64,000 bases of DNA from Yuukianura sp. NJ FZ-2021 (lineage: Eukaryota). Under the pieces are notes generated by a model that did no database searches, was not told where the DNA came from, and saw only the letters and a program-made list of their open reading frames with translations. A program made the position numbers and the translations under genes. The stretch spans positions 8,618,001 through 8,682,000 of the forward strand of contig CM102283.1 of assembly GCA_046563655.1 (NCBI GenBank). The letters are read 5' to 3'. This document shows, piece by piece, positions 25,449 through 37,720 of this stretch (positions within the stretch are counted from its first letter, which is position 1; each line of letters opens with the position of its first letter).

Positions 25449-26041
25449 TTAGACGATTCTCTTGGCGAATTCTTCGTTTGGATTCTCCTTGGCATATTTC
25501 TGGAGAAAAGTACAACTGAGCTTCATCTTCAAATCTTGATCCAAGACGTAATAGAAAGCCGCCTATAACAACAAAAGTAGTTTGTAAAGTTAACATTAAC
25601 ATAGTAAGAAACCTTAATTGAACTTAGTATGAAAATGTTCAAAATGTTACCTCAGCAAGTAAGTTTCCAAGTTTCTTTCCGCGATGTGACACTGGGACTC
25701 CAGTATGATACAAATCCAGAACTCCATTGGGACTCTCGTTGTACTCCAGCACAGCCTCTTCTGAATCTGTAAATCCAAATTCAAATAGAAAGTACCACAG
25801 TGACACTTGAAACTAAGCTAAAAAGTGTGATCTTACCCGGTCCAAGATCAATGAAAAACTTATTGTTTTGTTGATCATGCTGTACTTGGAATCCAGAGTC
25901 AGTGGCATATCCAGCAGTTGCAATGGCACGTCCAGGAGTTTTACAGGCGTGTCCACCAATCGGAATAGTGATGTTCATGGCTTCACGAGCTTTGGTTAAC
26001 TGGCTCAGCGCTCGAAGAGTTTCACGAAACTGAGACGACAT
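25449..26041 (-). CDS. NATD1: NATD1/GTLF3B-like GNAT (Acetyltransf_CG type) protein, 3 exons
   Basis: Exons 26041-25837, 25766-25651, 25562-25449. FQVQHDQQNNKFFI...AVLEY...LDLYHTGVPVSHRGKKLGNLLAEAAF...KMKLSCTFLQKY. Confidence 0.88.
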
Positions 26042-29000
26042 TGAGAACTAAAGTGCAACAAATCTAATCAAACTGACAAAAAAATTATTACAAACAGCTC
26101 GGCTTAAATCAAACTTTTAAAATTGGTACCGTACAGGAACAAGAGAAACTCAGAAGATAGTTTTTTGCTGTTAGATGTCCACGCACGCACTTCCAGAACT
26201 GAAACAAAGAATAAAGTTCATCAGCATCAGTAGTGAGTTATGAATATACATAAATGCGCAGTCGCAATAACACATCGGGGTTGTACTGCGTATGACCATG
26301 AAAGTTTTTGATTCAGTGTGCGACCACGATCAGAAAGCACACAAGTTCCACTTGATTTGGATTCCAAAGTTTGGAATTAGGGCTGCTTTGAATAAGTTTT
26401 CAAAATTGTATTTAGTTCTGAAAAGTTTAGAAATTCGTGTCAGTTAAAAATAATTTTGTTTAATTAAAAATACTTTTGGACAAACTTAAGGAAAAAAGTT
26501 ACCAAAAACCTTGGAATTTAGCCTTTTTTCTAAATAAGCCGACAGTTAACCCAAGAAACTAACCGTATCCTAAGCATTTCAATTTTACAAGGAAACTTTA
26601 ATTTTAAACAAAAAGTTAACCTTTTTCCTTTTTGAAATGTTTGAACGAAAAATAACAATAGGTTAACCTTCATTCACAGCAGGAGGGATTCTACTCAAAC
26701 CCCATTTTCAAACTGTGTTTTCAAAATCCAAAAATTATTTTCAAAATTGAAAAAGGTACAGCTAAACTAACTTCAAAAACAAAGTTTTTCAAACAAAATG
26801 AACCTACAAACCTAACAGAAAAAAAGTATGCTACGCTCTACAAAAATTAACTACCTAAAAACTAAACTTGTGGTCTGCTTTCTACTTACTACAATAATTG
26901 GAATTTCCAATTTGGAAACCAAAACCAAAATGTTTCGAAACCAAAAACTTTTTGTTAAATTAGCTAAACTTTTACATTAGTAAATAAGAAAAAAAAAAAC
27001 ACTGTGGCAGTTTGTTTTTCAGGTAAATGTCAATAATTTTGAGTTGTGGACCAATCAGAAGCCTTGGATTCAATTTCGCGGATATCCAGTATAATACTTT
27101 GGCAGTTATGATTTGATTAGTGTGGGGAAAGTAGCTCTTTATCCTAGGAGCTAATTGTATTAGGGTATAGCTACTATTTGTTAGGTTGTAACTTTTGAAT
27201 AGTTTATTTCTCTTTAGCTATGAATCTAAATTTTAATCCAAAATCGATGAGGAAGAAAGGGGTCCTGGACTTTCCCTTGACTAAAAGTGAAAGCAAATGC
27301 CCATTAAATTCTGCTTTCACATTTACTTTAGTAGTCCAAGTGGATATACAATTCTAACTTTTCATATTTTCTCCGAATCCCCGAATTCGGAGAGAGAGAG
27401 AAGTTTATGAAAGCGTAGCAAGAATTTTTGGAAGATGATGATGATGCTTTAAATATGAGTTGTGTGCTTAGTCCTATGCTTTTAAGTTTAACTAGAGTTT
27501 CGACGTACTAACTCGAGTTGCGTTGCTAAAAACCTAGAAACTTTATGCCCTGTAACTCCCTGCTACTAAAGATAGCGTCGTCCGGAAATAAATTGATTCT
27601 GGGGATTGAGCTCACAAGAGTAGTCCGAATATATAAAAAAAAAGTTAACAGGGGGAAAGTCCATGATTTCATAACTTGAAATGCTTACTACTCTTAACAT
27701 TTAGGGTTAGGTTTTACAGAGATCTAAACTTAAAAAATTCGGAGGGGAGAGAGAAGGAGTCGTGCGGGTCGATCCGAGTTCCCGAATTTCGGAGAATTCC
27801 GGCCCCCATGACTCTCTTTGTGAGTGTCTCCCTAGTTTCAGTTAAGTTTGCAGCTTTAGCTGTGGAGTGGTAAAGTTTTTTTGAGCATTTGGGATATAGG
27901 TAAGCTCAAGAACTTAATTGACATTTAGAATAGGGAGAGCCAGACAGAGCCAGAGTAGCCATCATTACTTTACCAAAACTGGCAACTTAAAGGAAAGAAG
28001 GATTATTAACCCAGGACAAGGGAGGAAAAAGTTTTAACAAAAAATTTCCCCTGGTTTTGGTTAGTAAGCTGGATCTCAACTAAAACTAACTTAACAAACT
28101 GCAACTATCTAACCTCAACTTTAGTATATTTGGAATCCCTTCAGTTTTTTTTTCCTTTCGGGTTAAGTTCCAAAGTAGCCCTGAGCTAAATCCTACCAAA
28201 CAAAAAAATTTTAAGTTTAACAAGGGAAAGAAGATCCCAAATTCTCCTGTATACACTTTTAGTTTAGTCAAACCTTACGATCCACCGATCTCTTCACAAA
28301 AACCTAACAAAAGATCTTCTCCATCACCTTCTTCTTTGGGTTTAAGCGTTGCAGTTGCCGCAGCCAAATGCCTCCTTCTGCTCCTTTCTACAAGTTAGAC
28401 AACAATTAACTTCTACTATAGTCAGACGTATCCAAAAAAGTTATCCACCAACGCAACTTAACACAAAGAAGGACAACCATTATAAGTGTTTTTGGCGTGC
28501 CTCTCCTGGTATTATTTTTTACACTTAACTACAACTTATAAGTTTATCAAGGTGTTACTAATCGTGGTCCACTCATCTCGATCTCTCAGTGTCTCGTCGT
28601 TAATCGTCATTGCCATTACCAATACCTGTCAGTTCCAAGTTGTGAGGAATCCGAAGTTGACGAATCCAGGTGAATCAATTGGTCTGCTTGTTTGATGGTG
28701 ACTCAGGACTTGATCTTGAACAAAGAACAAAGCAATTAAAGGATTTCTGAGGTGAGTTTGATGATTTGGGTTCTTTGTCTCATACCAAGGCCTCTCTTAC
28801 CTTACTACCACGCGCTCTCTTAAGTTTATAATGCAGTTGAAGATGAGTAGACTGTCGGCGTTTTGAAGACGTTGACGAACTCTGCAGTAGTTGCTAAGTA
28901 GTGATGCAATGATTCAATTGACGAATGACGATGTAAGTTAATTGATGATTTGTGGAAGGAGAGACAGATGTAAAAGAGATGTTGAGTCCTTGAAGACAGA

Positions 29001-29489
29001 AGAAGCACTGGAGAATGTTCAAGAAAGAGAAAAAGCAGTGAAACAAAGAGAAATTTAAATTTCGCTGATTTTGAGATTAGAGTTTAAGCGATTACATTGT
29101 TGAGACTTTTGTTGGCGGGAAGCACAGGAAACTTCTGTTTATTAGCTAAAAGTTTAACAAACCGCTCGTGGTTTTCATAATTAGTTAATTAATGCTAATT
29201 AGCTTAACGTGACTTAATCAAGTTAAGCAACGTCGAAGCATTGAATCACTACGTGGACACAAAATTAAGCAAAGGTATTGGGTGCCTGTGTGCATGAATC
29301 TCAATTGAAGTTAAAAACGATGTTGAAACGATTGTTTGTTTATAACTAGACGTAGATGAGGAATGAAGTAATTGAAAGTGAGCTAATTTTAATTGTTGGT
29401 TTCAGCGTATCATAATTTTGGATCAAACAACGGAGAAAGTGGTGGTATCGATTGATTCCACCAGTACGGACAAAGATCCGGTATCTAAT

Positions 29490-31518
29490 ATGTAAGTTAA
29501 ACTTACGAAAATTACATTTATGGAAATGATTTGCTTTTGGTTTTGTTGACCGTTGATTATGGTTTTTCATTTCAGGCCTTTTTTGCATGAAGGAAGTCCT
29601 GCAGGAAATTTCGCAACAGCTCTCAGCCTTGCCGACCTCAAAAATGTAATTGGAGCAGCATCTCAGCAGCGCAGTGTCCAGAAAATCCTTCCGCGTGATC
29701 CACAGAGGAAGTCGTCTTCTGTGTCAGTGATGGGGACGAAGATGATGGGCAACGGATCTCCTAGTAGTGCAGCTCTCGCTGTCGCAGCCATGAATAACTT
29801 TCAGAGTCCGGGAGAACGGGATGCCTCGTACGTCGCATCCAGAAGAGCCAGGAGCAATAATTTCACATTGAAGGAAACGTTTGACCTCCTCAAGGTAACA
29901 CAGAGTTCTCCAAGTTCATATTCAGCCAGTATGTATCGTTCCTGAAATGATAGACATTGTACTTGGGCGTTTTAGGTTTGGGCGAGTCCAGAAATGCAGT
30001 GGCAAATGAAGCACAACTTTCGGAACTTTCGTGTTTGGTACGTTTTGAAACTGAAAAGTCTGATTCCAGCATTTGGCATCGTGCCGTTTACGGTTTTACT
30101 TTACGGTATTTTGTTTACAGGGAAGCCATTTCGTATTCAATGTCTGAATTGGGGCATGATCGGACTGCTATTCAATGCAAAAACAGAATTCAGAACCTCA
30201 CCTCTATTTTCTACCGGATCAAAAAATCGAAGCAGGATTACCGATCTTTTAACTTCCCATACTTCAAGCTGATTGGCGATGTACTTGAGGGGAAGAAACA
30301 GGGGTCTAGCCTGGGTTCACTCGGTAAGCTATTAACTCAATTACTAATTAACAATTAGTTTATATTAATCCTCTGTTCGACTGATCAATTGGTTTTTCTT
30401 GCAGGATTACATGCACCATCCGTAAATGCCTACGGACAAGGCCTAAATCCAGCTGACTTCCAAGGATCAAATGACAGTCCTCCGCAAGCTCCAGGGTAAA
30501 AACACAACTGCTACAATTTTAGTAGATGATTCCACAACATCATAACATTTGTAACATTACTATTTGTAGATTCGCTGCGGCAGCTCACATGGCTCTGGTT
30601 GAAGAGTATCAGCATTTAATTAACGGACAACCCGAGGCTTACGCTCTGCCACCACCTTCGTCACCGCAAAATAACGATCACATGAGCGTTCTCTCACCGG
30701 AAGTCTCTCTATCTGAAGGAAACTCGCCAATTCGGGTCGAGAATCAAGGTTTTAAAACGAGCTTAAAACTTTTTTACTTTAACTTTTTTTTAAACTAATT
30801 TATCGTTTCATGACAGTTTACTAGACTTAGATTTCATTCCTAGGTCATTTTCTTGTAGGCGGCTCAGGAACTGGACTTCGAAATGGAGCTCACCATGCAA
30901 AAGAAGATGACGAACGAATGGATGACGAAGAAGGAGCATCTGAATTTGACGAGCAACTACAAGACGAGGACGAAACTTCTGAGTAAACTTAAATCTCAAA
31001 CTACTTTTGCCACTAATCGTTTCAAATCTTTTGTTAAATCAATTAATTGACTCCTTTTTGTCTCACATAGTCCTCCTGAATCTGTTTCCAGAAGTCGAAA
31101 GCGTCCATATCCTCAGAGTTACTCTCGAGGATTTCCTCCGAAGAGGCCACGGGGACATTCTGGGGGCAGTGGGGACGGTAGCCTTGGTGATCCCGTGTCT
31201 CAATACTTAGCAGAAATGGTTGAGATAGAACGTGGATGGCTGGAAATGGAACGAGAACGGGCCGAAAATGAGCGACAGATGATGATGTACATGATGCAGA
31301 TTCTGCAAGCTCTTGTGTCACCTCAAGGTCAAGGTCAAGAGGAAGAGTCTGAAGCTGAAGAAAGTACTCCACCTCCACCACAACCCAAATCTACTAAAGA
31401 GGAAAATGGACGACGAAGTGGAGATGAAGGGGCGGGAGACTTGAAAGAAGTTGTAAAAGAAGAGGACTTACAAGAAGAACCTCCCAAAATTGAAGAAAAT
31501 GGAGACACCAGCGATTAA
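29490..31518 (+). CDS. Myb/SANT-like trihelix DNA-binding protein (MSANTD-like) with C-terminal coiled coil
   Basis: Spliced RRARSNNFTLKETFDLLK|VWASPEMQWQMKHNFRNFRVW|EAISYSMSELGHDRTAIQCKNRIQNL...FPYFKLIGDVL matches the trihelix pattern. Acidic linker, then ERGWLEMERERAENERQMMM coiled coil. The start is uncertain (candidate ATG split by an intron). Confidence 0.8.
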
Positions 31519-32344
31519 GGGCCCCTACGAAGGGCCTCTTTTTTCCTACAAAACCAGCCACAACTGAAACACCTTCCTCTTCAATTAAGACTCGCATGAG
31601 ATTAATTAACAAAAAAAAGTATTAGACTTCCTTCGTCGTTTTTCATGCAAAAAAGAAGGATTCACGAGAACTCATCAAGACTTTGTTCGAAAACGGAAAT
31701 GCAATACGGTTAGACATTAGAAATTACACAAATCCCAACTTCGTAAAATCTGGAAACATTTTTTCAAAAATTGGAACTTGGTTTTTTCCTAGAGAAATAC
31801 CTCCTGTGTAAATAGTAGGTGAGAGAACTCTTTTTAAAAAGTATTGCCAGTTGTTAATTGTTTGTGTAAAGATATGCAGCATCTCTCTACCATACTCCAA
31901 AGACGAAGAAGAAAAATCGAAGCTCTCTGAAAACACCACACTTTGTAATACTACCAAGAAATAACTAAAATTATTGTTAAGTTTTAGTTAGAATTGAACT
32001 CTTTTTTTGATTTTTTAGAAATAAGTCTCCTTTTGTGATCTCTTGTTTAGAAAAAGAAGGTGTGTGACTAAACCTATTATGAAATAGAAGAAACAGAAAT
32101 AACTCCTTCCCCTTACAACTGAAAAACTCTCATCACGAAAACAAAACTCACAAAGTCCTCAGTATTAACCATAATTTAACACTCTCACAAATAATCTCTC
32201 TTAATTGTAACTAAATTGTATTATTAAATTTTAGTTAAAATGTAAAATTATTTAGCCCTCTTTTCTCCAGCAGCTGGATTTTAATAAGAATTCAATAAAA
32301 AGCAAAAAGCTTATTATTTAAAAAAAAATTCAATTAATTCTATA

Positions 32345-32541
32345 ATTTGGGTTGAAGTAAACCTAAATTACATCCATTGTAACCACGCAGTGTTACCATC
32401 GATGCTATTCTTGTTGCCACTGATGCCATTTTTGTTACCACCGAAGCCATTTTTGTTGCCACCCTGATTACATTCAGGTGGATACAAAAATGGCGTCGGT
32501 GGTTACAACGGATGCAATTTACGGTTACGTCAACCAAAAAA
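32345..32541. mobile_element. Small foldback/MITE-like element with imperfect long TIRs and internal 21-bp repeats
   Basis: Left TTTGGGTTGAAGTAAACCTAAATTTACATCCATTGTAACCA versus the reverse complement of the right end TTTGGTTGACGTAACCGTAAATTGCATCCGTTGTAACCA; GCCATTTTTGTT(A/G)CCACC-type units in between. Confidence 0.55.
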
Positions 32542-32777
32542 TGTAAGTTCAAAATTCGTCATAAAATAAGCTCAGGGGGGAATCACTTCATAAAAAAAAC
32601 TTCTGGTAAGCAAAAACATGTTTGCTGAGTAAAATTTGCTCAAATGGCGAATGAGTTTTAATAATAGCCTCCGGCAAGAGTTGTTAATTAGTTAGTTAAT
32701 TGTTCGCCTTAAGTCATGAAAACATTCCGTGATCGTGTACGTAGTAATTAATGCACAATGCGTGGAGAAGATTCAAT

Positions 32778-35700
32778 TTATGCAGAAATTTCTTGGTCTC
32801 TTGAATTACTTTGTTGTTGTTGGGGTTGAACTGAGTTTTGTTGTGTGATTCCACCGTTCGTCGTTCGTTGACTATTCGTGTTGTTTTTGTGTTGCTTCCG
32901 AATGAGGTGCTTGACCCATTGACCTTGCGGTTCGTCCGCTCTGCGTCGTCTTTGGTAAAAGAGAATGTAGGCAGCAGACGTTTTGATTTCGTCTGTCGAT
33001 CCCAGTTCTCTCACTCGAGTATCATCAAAGGCCCACCATGTCTTCTCCACTGGGTTCCGGCAAAAGGCTGTCATTATCAACCAAAAGTAATTAGAATCGT
33101 GATTAATCCACACAAAGTTAATCAACACCTTAATTAGTCAACTATCCTTATGAATGTAGAGTGTGTACCTGTGTAGTGTCCTCCTTGTAAGTCCTTTCCG
33201 TGGTGGTTGCAGACAGCGAAGAGGTCGTACTGCAGATTTTCGTCGTCATGGAAGCCATTGATTTTGGGCAGTTGAGTAGGCAGTGGTTTCCGGAAGGAGG
33301 CCCTCTGCCTCCACCCCCCGAAAGAATTGTTCTTGACCTTGGGGGGTTCAGCGGTGCTAGATTGCTGGAGTTGGGCTTCGGCTCGATTCCGCTTAGAAAC
33401 GTGTGGAGCCAGGTCAAGCGGAGTTTCCAGTGGAAAGTCCACCAGAGACGAAACTTTACTCACTGAACCGCGAGCACCCTGAAAAAAAAACAAGTTTTTC
33501 AAATTTTCATTCACAAATTTTCACAATTTAAAAAAAAAAGTTTCAATCAAGATCCATACCTGTCTAAATCTCTTGAGATGGAGGACGAGTATTTGTGGAG
33601 CCGTGTGAAGGCCGATAATTTTGAGCGTTCCCTCTTCCTTTCGATTGCAATGGGGGCAGTGATAGCTGTTAAAATTAAGATTAAGTTAATTAAGTTAAGG
33701 TTAAGATTAAGTTAATTAACAAATCATTTGAATTTAACTTACGAGTTGTCTCCTCTCAACTCCTCAGCGCCAGTGTACAAGTCAAAGCACTCTTTCAGGT
33801 CAACTGAAACTTCGCGTTGGGCTGAATGCCTCTCTCGTGTTTCGCCAAGACTCAAATGCTCTTCGACCATTTCAGACTCATCGGCTATAATTCTGCAAAA
33901 TAAGAAATTCAAAGTAATTGGTTATGCACGACGGTAATCGATTACTAAGAAAATCAAAAAATATAAACAGCTTACTCTTCTTTGGACTCTGGTTTCCATT
34001 CAAGAAGTAGCTTGACATGTGGAAAGATTCCACCAGTGCATAGAGTTAGTGCTTCTTCAATTGCTTCTGTGAAGAGAGGATGCTGGACGGATGGGTCTAG
34101 CAACGTTCCCTCGGCAGTGCCATCGACAATCCGAATTCCAAAAACTCCCGCCTAAAAATTCAAAAAAAAGTCAAAATCTGTTCTTGATCGTGTCAATTGA
34201 GGTCATCCAAACTTCACCTTTTGGTCAGACACGAGAACTCCTGGTTTCAGAATCGTAGCCATCTCTTTGAGCAGAAGTTTCTGGAGGTCGACGTATGCCG
34301 TTTCTCGACTCAATTGAGAAACGTAAGGACTACCAAATCGGACTCTTGTTTCTTCTGCTACGAGTACATTTGCCCATAGGACAACAAGTGACTCTTCTGT
34401 ACTCTCAGGCATCTCTAGGGCATAAAGTGACTCGTTCCGCGTAACAGCTGATAGGGGCTGTCCATCTAATGGTTTTACAAAAATTAAGAAATTCATTCAC
34501 TATTTTTTGGGGCACTGTGAGAAAAATTTACCAGTGAACGTTCTGTGAAATCCTTCTCCATCAATTTCAAGTAGCAGCATTTCCTTGATCCCAGTGTCGG
34601 TGACCAGAGCAGTCGTCAGATCTTTGACGTCTCCGGTTGACGGAAGACTAAGGCCCAGCTTTACCTAAACAACAGAAGTTAGCTTTTAGTCTGAAGTAAA
34701 AACTGATTAGCATATTCTTATGCTAATTATTAGCATATTTATAATGCTAAACTTCAGTTTTGGTTGCTTACCAAGCGAGGTTGCTGACTGAGGAACATAA
34801 CATGAACATAAATTGGTAACTCTTCCTTAATTTCAGGAATTGGGAGTGAGACGGTTAAAAATGGTTCAAACGTTGCACTTTGGCGACCACAACCTGGACA
34901 GGTCAACGAAGATCTGAACTGGGCTCCGAAAATTTCTTGAATTACAGAATGATTAGCACGACTCCACTCTTCTGCCGCTTCTGCAGCAGCTTCTTCTTCA
35001 CTCACACCAGTTTTCTTCTAAAACAAACAAACATGAAAGATTGAAACGTTTTGAAATCGTTTTGTTTTAAAATGTACCGCATGTTTCGTTACCTTGCTTT
35101 GTTTTCCTTTCGAAGACGATTGATTCAAATCTTCATGGAGTCTGTCCAGCATCCAGAGTAAAAACTCTTGGGCGTCGTGTTCTTCAGAACCTTTTAACAA
35201 AAACATGTTAATAAATCAAGTAGCACTGATTCATTTATAAGGATTTAGATCTCAACTGACCTCTCCATTGAGGACAGCCCCTGTCAATCGCTGTTTTAAA
35301 CTTTACAGCCACTTCTTCACTTGAATTCAGTCGTAGCCAGGCGTTTTTCAGAATCGAGGCAAACTCCTCCGTAACTTCGCCCTAAGAAATATTGAACGAT
35401 AAAATAACATCATTGAAGGTCATGAAGAACTTGTTGATTAATCGTTAGTCGTTAATCGCCAACCTTTCCCTTCTTGGTCCATAGTTTCCTGCGGAGATGT
35501 CTTTTGTAGGCATCCGTGACAAGGAATTTCGCCAAAGCGTCTGTATGACTGAGGCACTGTACAATGGAATTCATGTAGCAAGTGTTCCCCTGATTCTTGA
35601 GGCCCACGGCTGCTGGAAGAAGGTCACCTAGAAGCAAAACAATCAAAACACATTAGTTAATTTGTTAAGATTAAAGTTAATTAAGAATAATTAACCAATT

Positions 35701-36035
35701 GGTTAATTAAGAGTCTCATTCCCTTAGCATATGGAGTTAGTACCAAACGGTTGGGCGGCGCCAGGATCCTCGTCTTCCTTCTCCTGTTTGTTTTTAGTTC
35801 TAGGGCGAACAAACGTAAGGAAAATGTTTTTGACGAAGTTTGAGCTACTGGATGCTGGCGTATTTTCCCCAGTTGACCTGCTAGACATAATGTTTCTGGG
35901 GAAGGTCAACGATCGACGAAGGGATCCCCTTGAAAAAGTCTTCTGTTGCTCCTGCGGTGGTAACGTTCTTGCTTTTGTTTCCTTGGGAAGAGTCGTATGG
36001 TTATCCAGTCGCCCTGTCCCACCGCCCTTTAACAT
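32778..36035 (-). CDS. Ubiquitin-specific protease, USP31/USP43-like, ~12 exons
   Basis: Cys box GLKNQGNTCYMNSIVQCL; HDAQEFLLWMLDRLHEDLN; CPGC and CPHC zinc ribbon; LHLKRF; His box YDLFAVCNHHGKDLQGGHYT; WWAFDD; AAYILFYQRR. The splice phases I checked were consistent. Confidence 0.92.
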
Positions 36036-36497
36036 CTTGAACACAGACTGATTAATTGACCTCGTCAGCACTGAACATAAAAACTAAAAATTTAAAACTA
36101 CAAACTAATTGTTTGTCGTCGTTTTTCGGGAAGGAAAAGAACAAGGTGGGTGACTCATGTTATAGCGGATCCTTATCGACCCATACACACACAGCTGGGC
36201 AATATGGACATGGCAAATCTATGTTTGTGTGATATGGCATTTATCCAGAAGTTAATTAATTTCTGGAATTACGATTAACGGGATTCTCCGTACTTAATTA
36301 AGTACAGAGTCTCCCATTAATCATAATAGATAACGCTTCAAATGGGTTATTTTATTAACCATTAAGTAACACGTGAATAATCTTACTTTTACTTGCAAAT
36401 TAGGCCTAATTTTTGGAGTGTACACCTACCGCAAACACCAAATATTTTCGGCATCTTCGCCAATTTTTCTCTGCATTTGTTTATTTGGGTGCTTTGC

Positions 36498-36584
36498 TTG
36501 CGATGTACGCTGGACTCCAGCGTACATCGCAAAGCAAAAATGAGTTTTTCACCTCCAGCGGCTGGAGGTGAAAAACTCATTTTT
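36498..36584. repeat. Two abutting perfect inverted repeats (17-bp and 24-bp arms, 1-nt spacers)
   Basis: TTGCGATGTACGCTGGA-C-TCCAGCGTACATCGCAA (36498-36532) and AAAAATGAGTTTTTCACCTCCAGC-G-GCTGGAGGTGAAAAACTCATTTTT (36536-36584). Confidence 0.95.
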
Positions 36585-36689
36585 CGAAAAATACATTTTT
36601 CAAAAAGAAAAATCAAAATTTTCAAAACGTTTTTGAAGATGGTAGGTAGTGTTGTTTCCGACACTGAGTCGTGAGGTGTACATAGCCGT

Positions 36690-37720
36690 AAAAGGGACAA
36701 GACATCTTGGATTTTGCATCACCTACACTTACACTGCTCTATACATGAAACTCTGCAGGTTTGACCTCTGACTTTCAATTCTTGCGTCATATAAGTTGAG
36801 CTTTGGGCTTTTTAGGGTTTATTTGACCTTTCGAGTCAAATCGGCTCACAAAATCAAACTTATGGAAAAACACTTACTGCATTGGATGAGTCCAATCATG
36901 GTGATTATGCTTCTGTACCTAATGGCGTCGACCATATCTGTTCCCTTCAACTTTGAAGTTCTCAAAACACATGATGGAAAAAGACTCCATCAGTGCATCT
37001 ACAACTGGTAAAACTTCATTGGCAAAATGTCAAAGGTCAAATCCTGTTCTGTAGACCTCTGTAGGTGGGATCATGTTTTGTCGGTAGGAGAAATCATATT
37101 TTTGGCTTTTATGGAGTTTTGATTTGTTGGCGAATTCGGGAGAACCATGACGCCCAGTTCATTTCCTACTCCATCTACAACATCGCTCTCGTCAACGTCA
37201 TCATGGTCACGCTTCAGTATGAAATTTTTTTCAAAAAGTGTAATTTCCAAGCGCTTCGGCAGAAAATCAGTTAATTACGTGCATTTTTGAACTAAGTTTG
37301 ATAGTAATGCCAAAACCCGGTCCTGATATGAAGTACCTGTTAGCTATCGTAAGAGTTCAATTTACGACCATTACGATTGCGCTTTGTTCTTGGAAACAAA
37401 GTGAGGAAATACTTGAATATCAAAATACTTTTTTAAAGATACCCAAATATGAAATTGCTTTAGTTTTTTTAATGCTAAAGTACGTGGTGACGTTTTTAGG
37501 TTTATAGAGCTTACCGTGGCGACTATCCCAGAAGTCGCCAATGGATTTGCTGGGCATCCTTGACCTCGGGGAGGAAAATGAGCAGTTGAAAGAAGAATTG
37601 CAGAAAATGGCATATCAAATGGAAAAACTCAAGTCGTACGCCATGACGAAAAACAACAGACACATTTCCAACACCAGTGGACCAATTCCTGATAAACTGG
37701 ACAACTTAACTTCTCTGTAA
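36690..37720 (+). pseudogene. Truncated, frameshifted class C GPCR (GPR158/179-like) fragment
   Basis: RHLGFCITYT.ALYMK..R|VYLTFRVKSAHKIKL...QCIYNW|WDHVLSVGEIIFL, FISYSIYNIALVN, GPDMKYL, ENEQLKEELQKMAYQME...NNRH. Frameshifts near 37105 and 37383; no N-terminal domain or first TMs; introns retained. Confidence 0.72.

Noticed and set aside
31518-31545. GC hairpin plus T-run after the trihelix stop, resembling an intrinsic terminator
   Set aside because: The stem is short and imperfect, in a eukaryotic Pol II 3'UTR.
36389-36700. Mirror ORFs on both strands sharing peptides (MSFSPPAAGGEKLIF)
   Set aside because: A direct consequence of the DNA palindromes, not coding.
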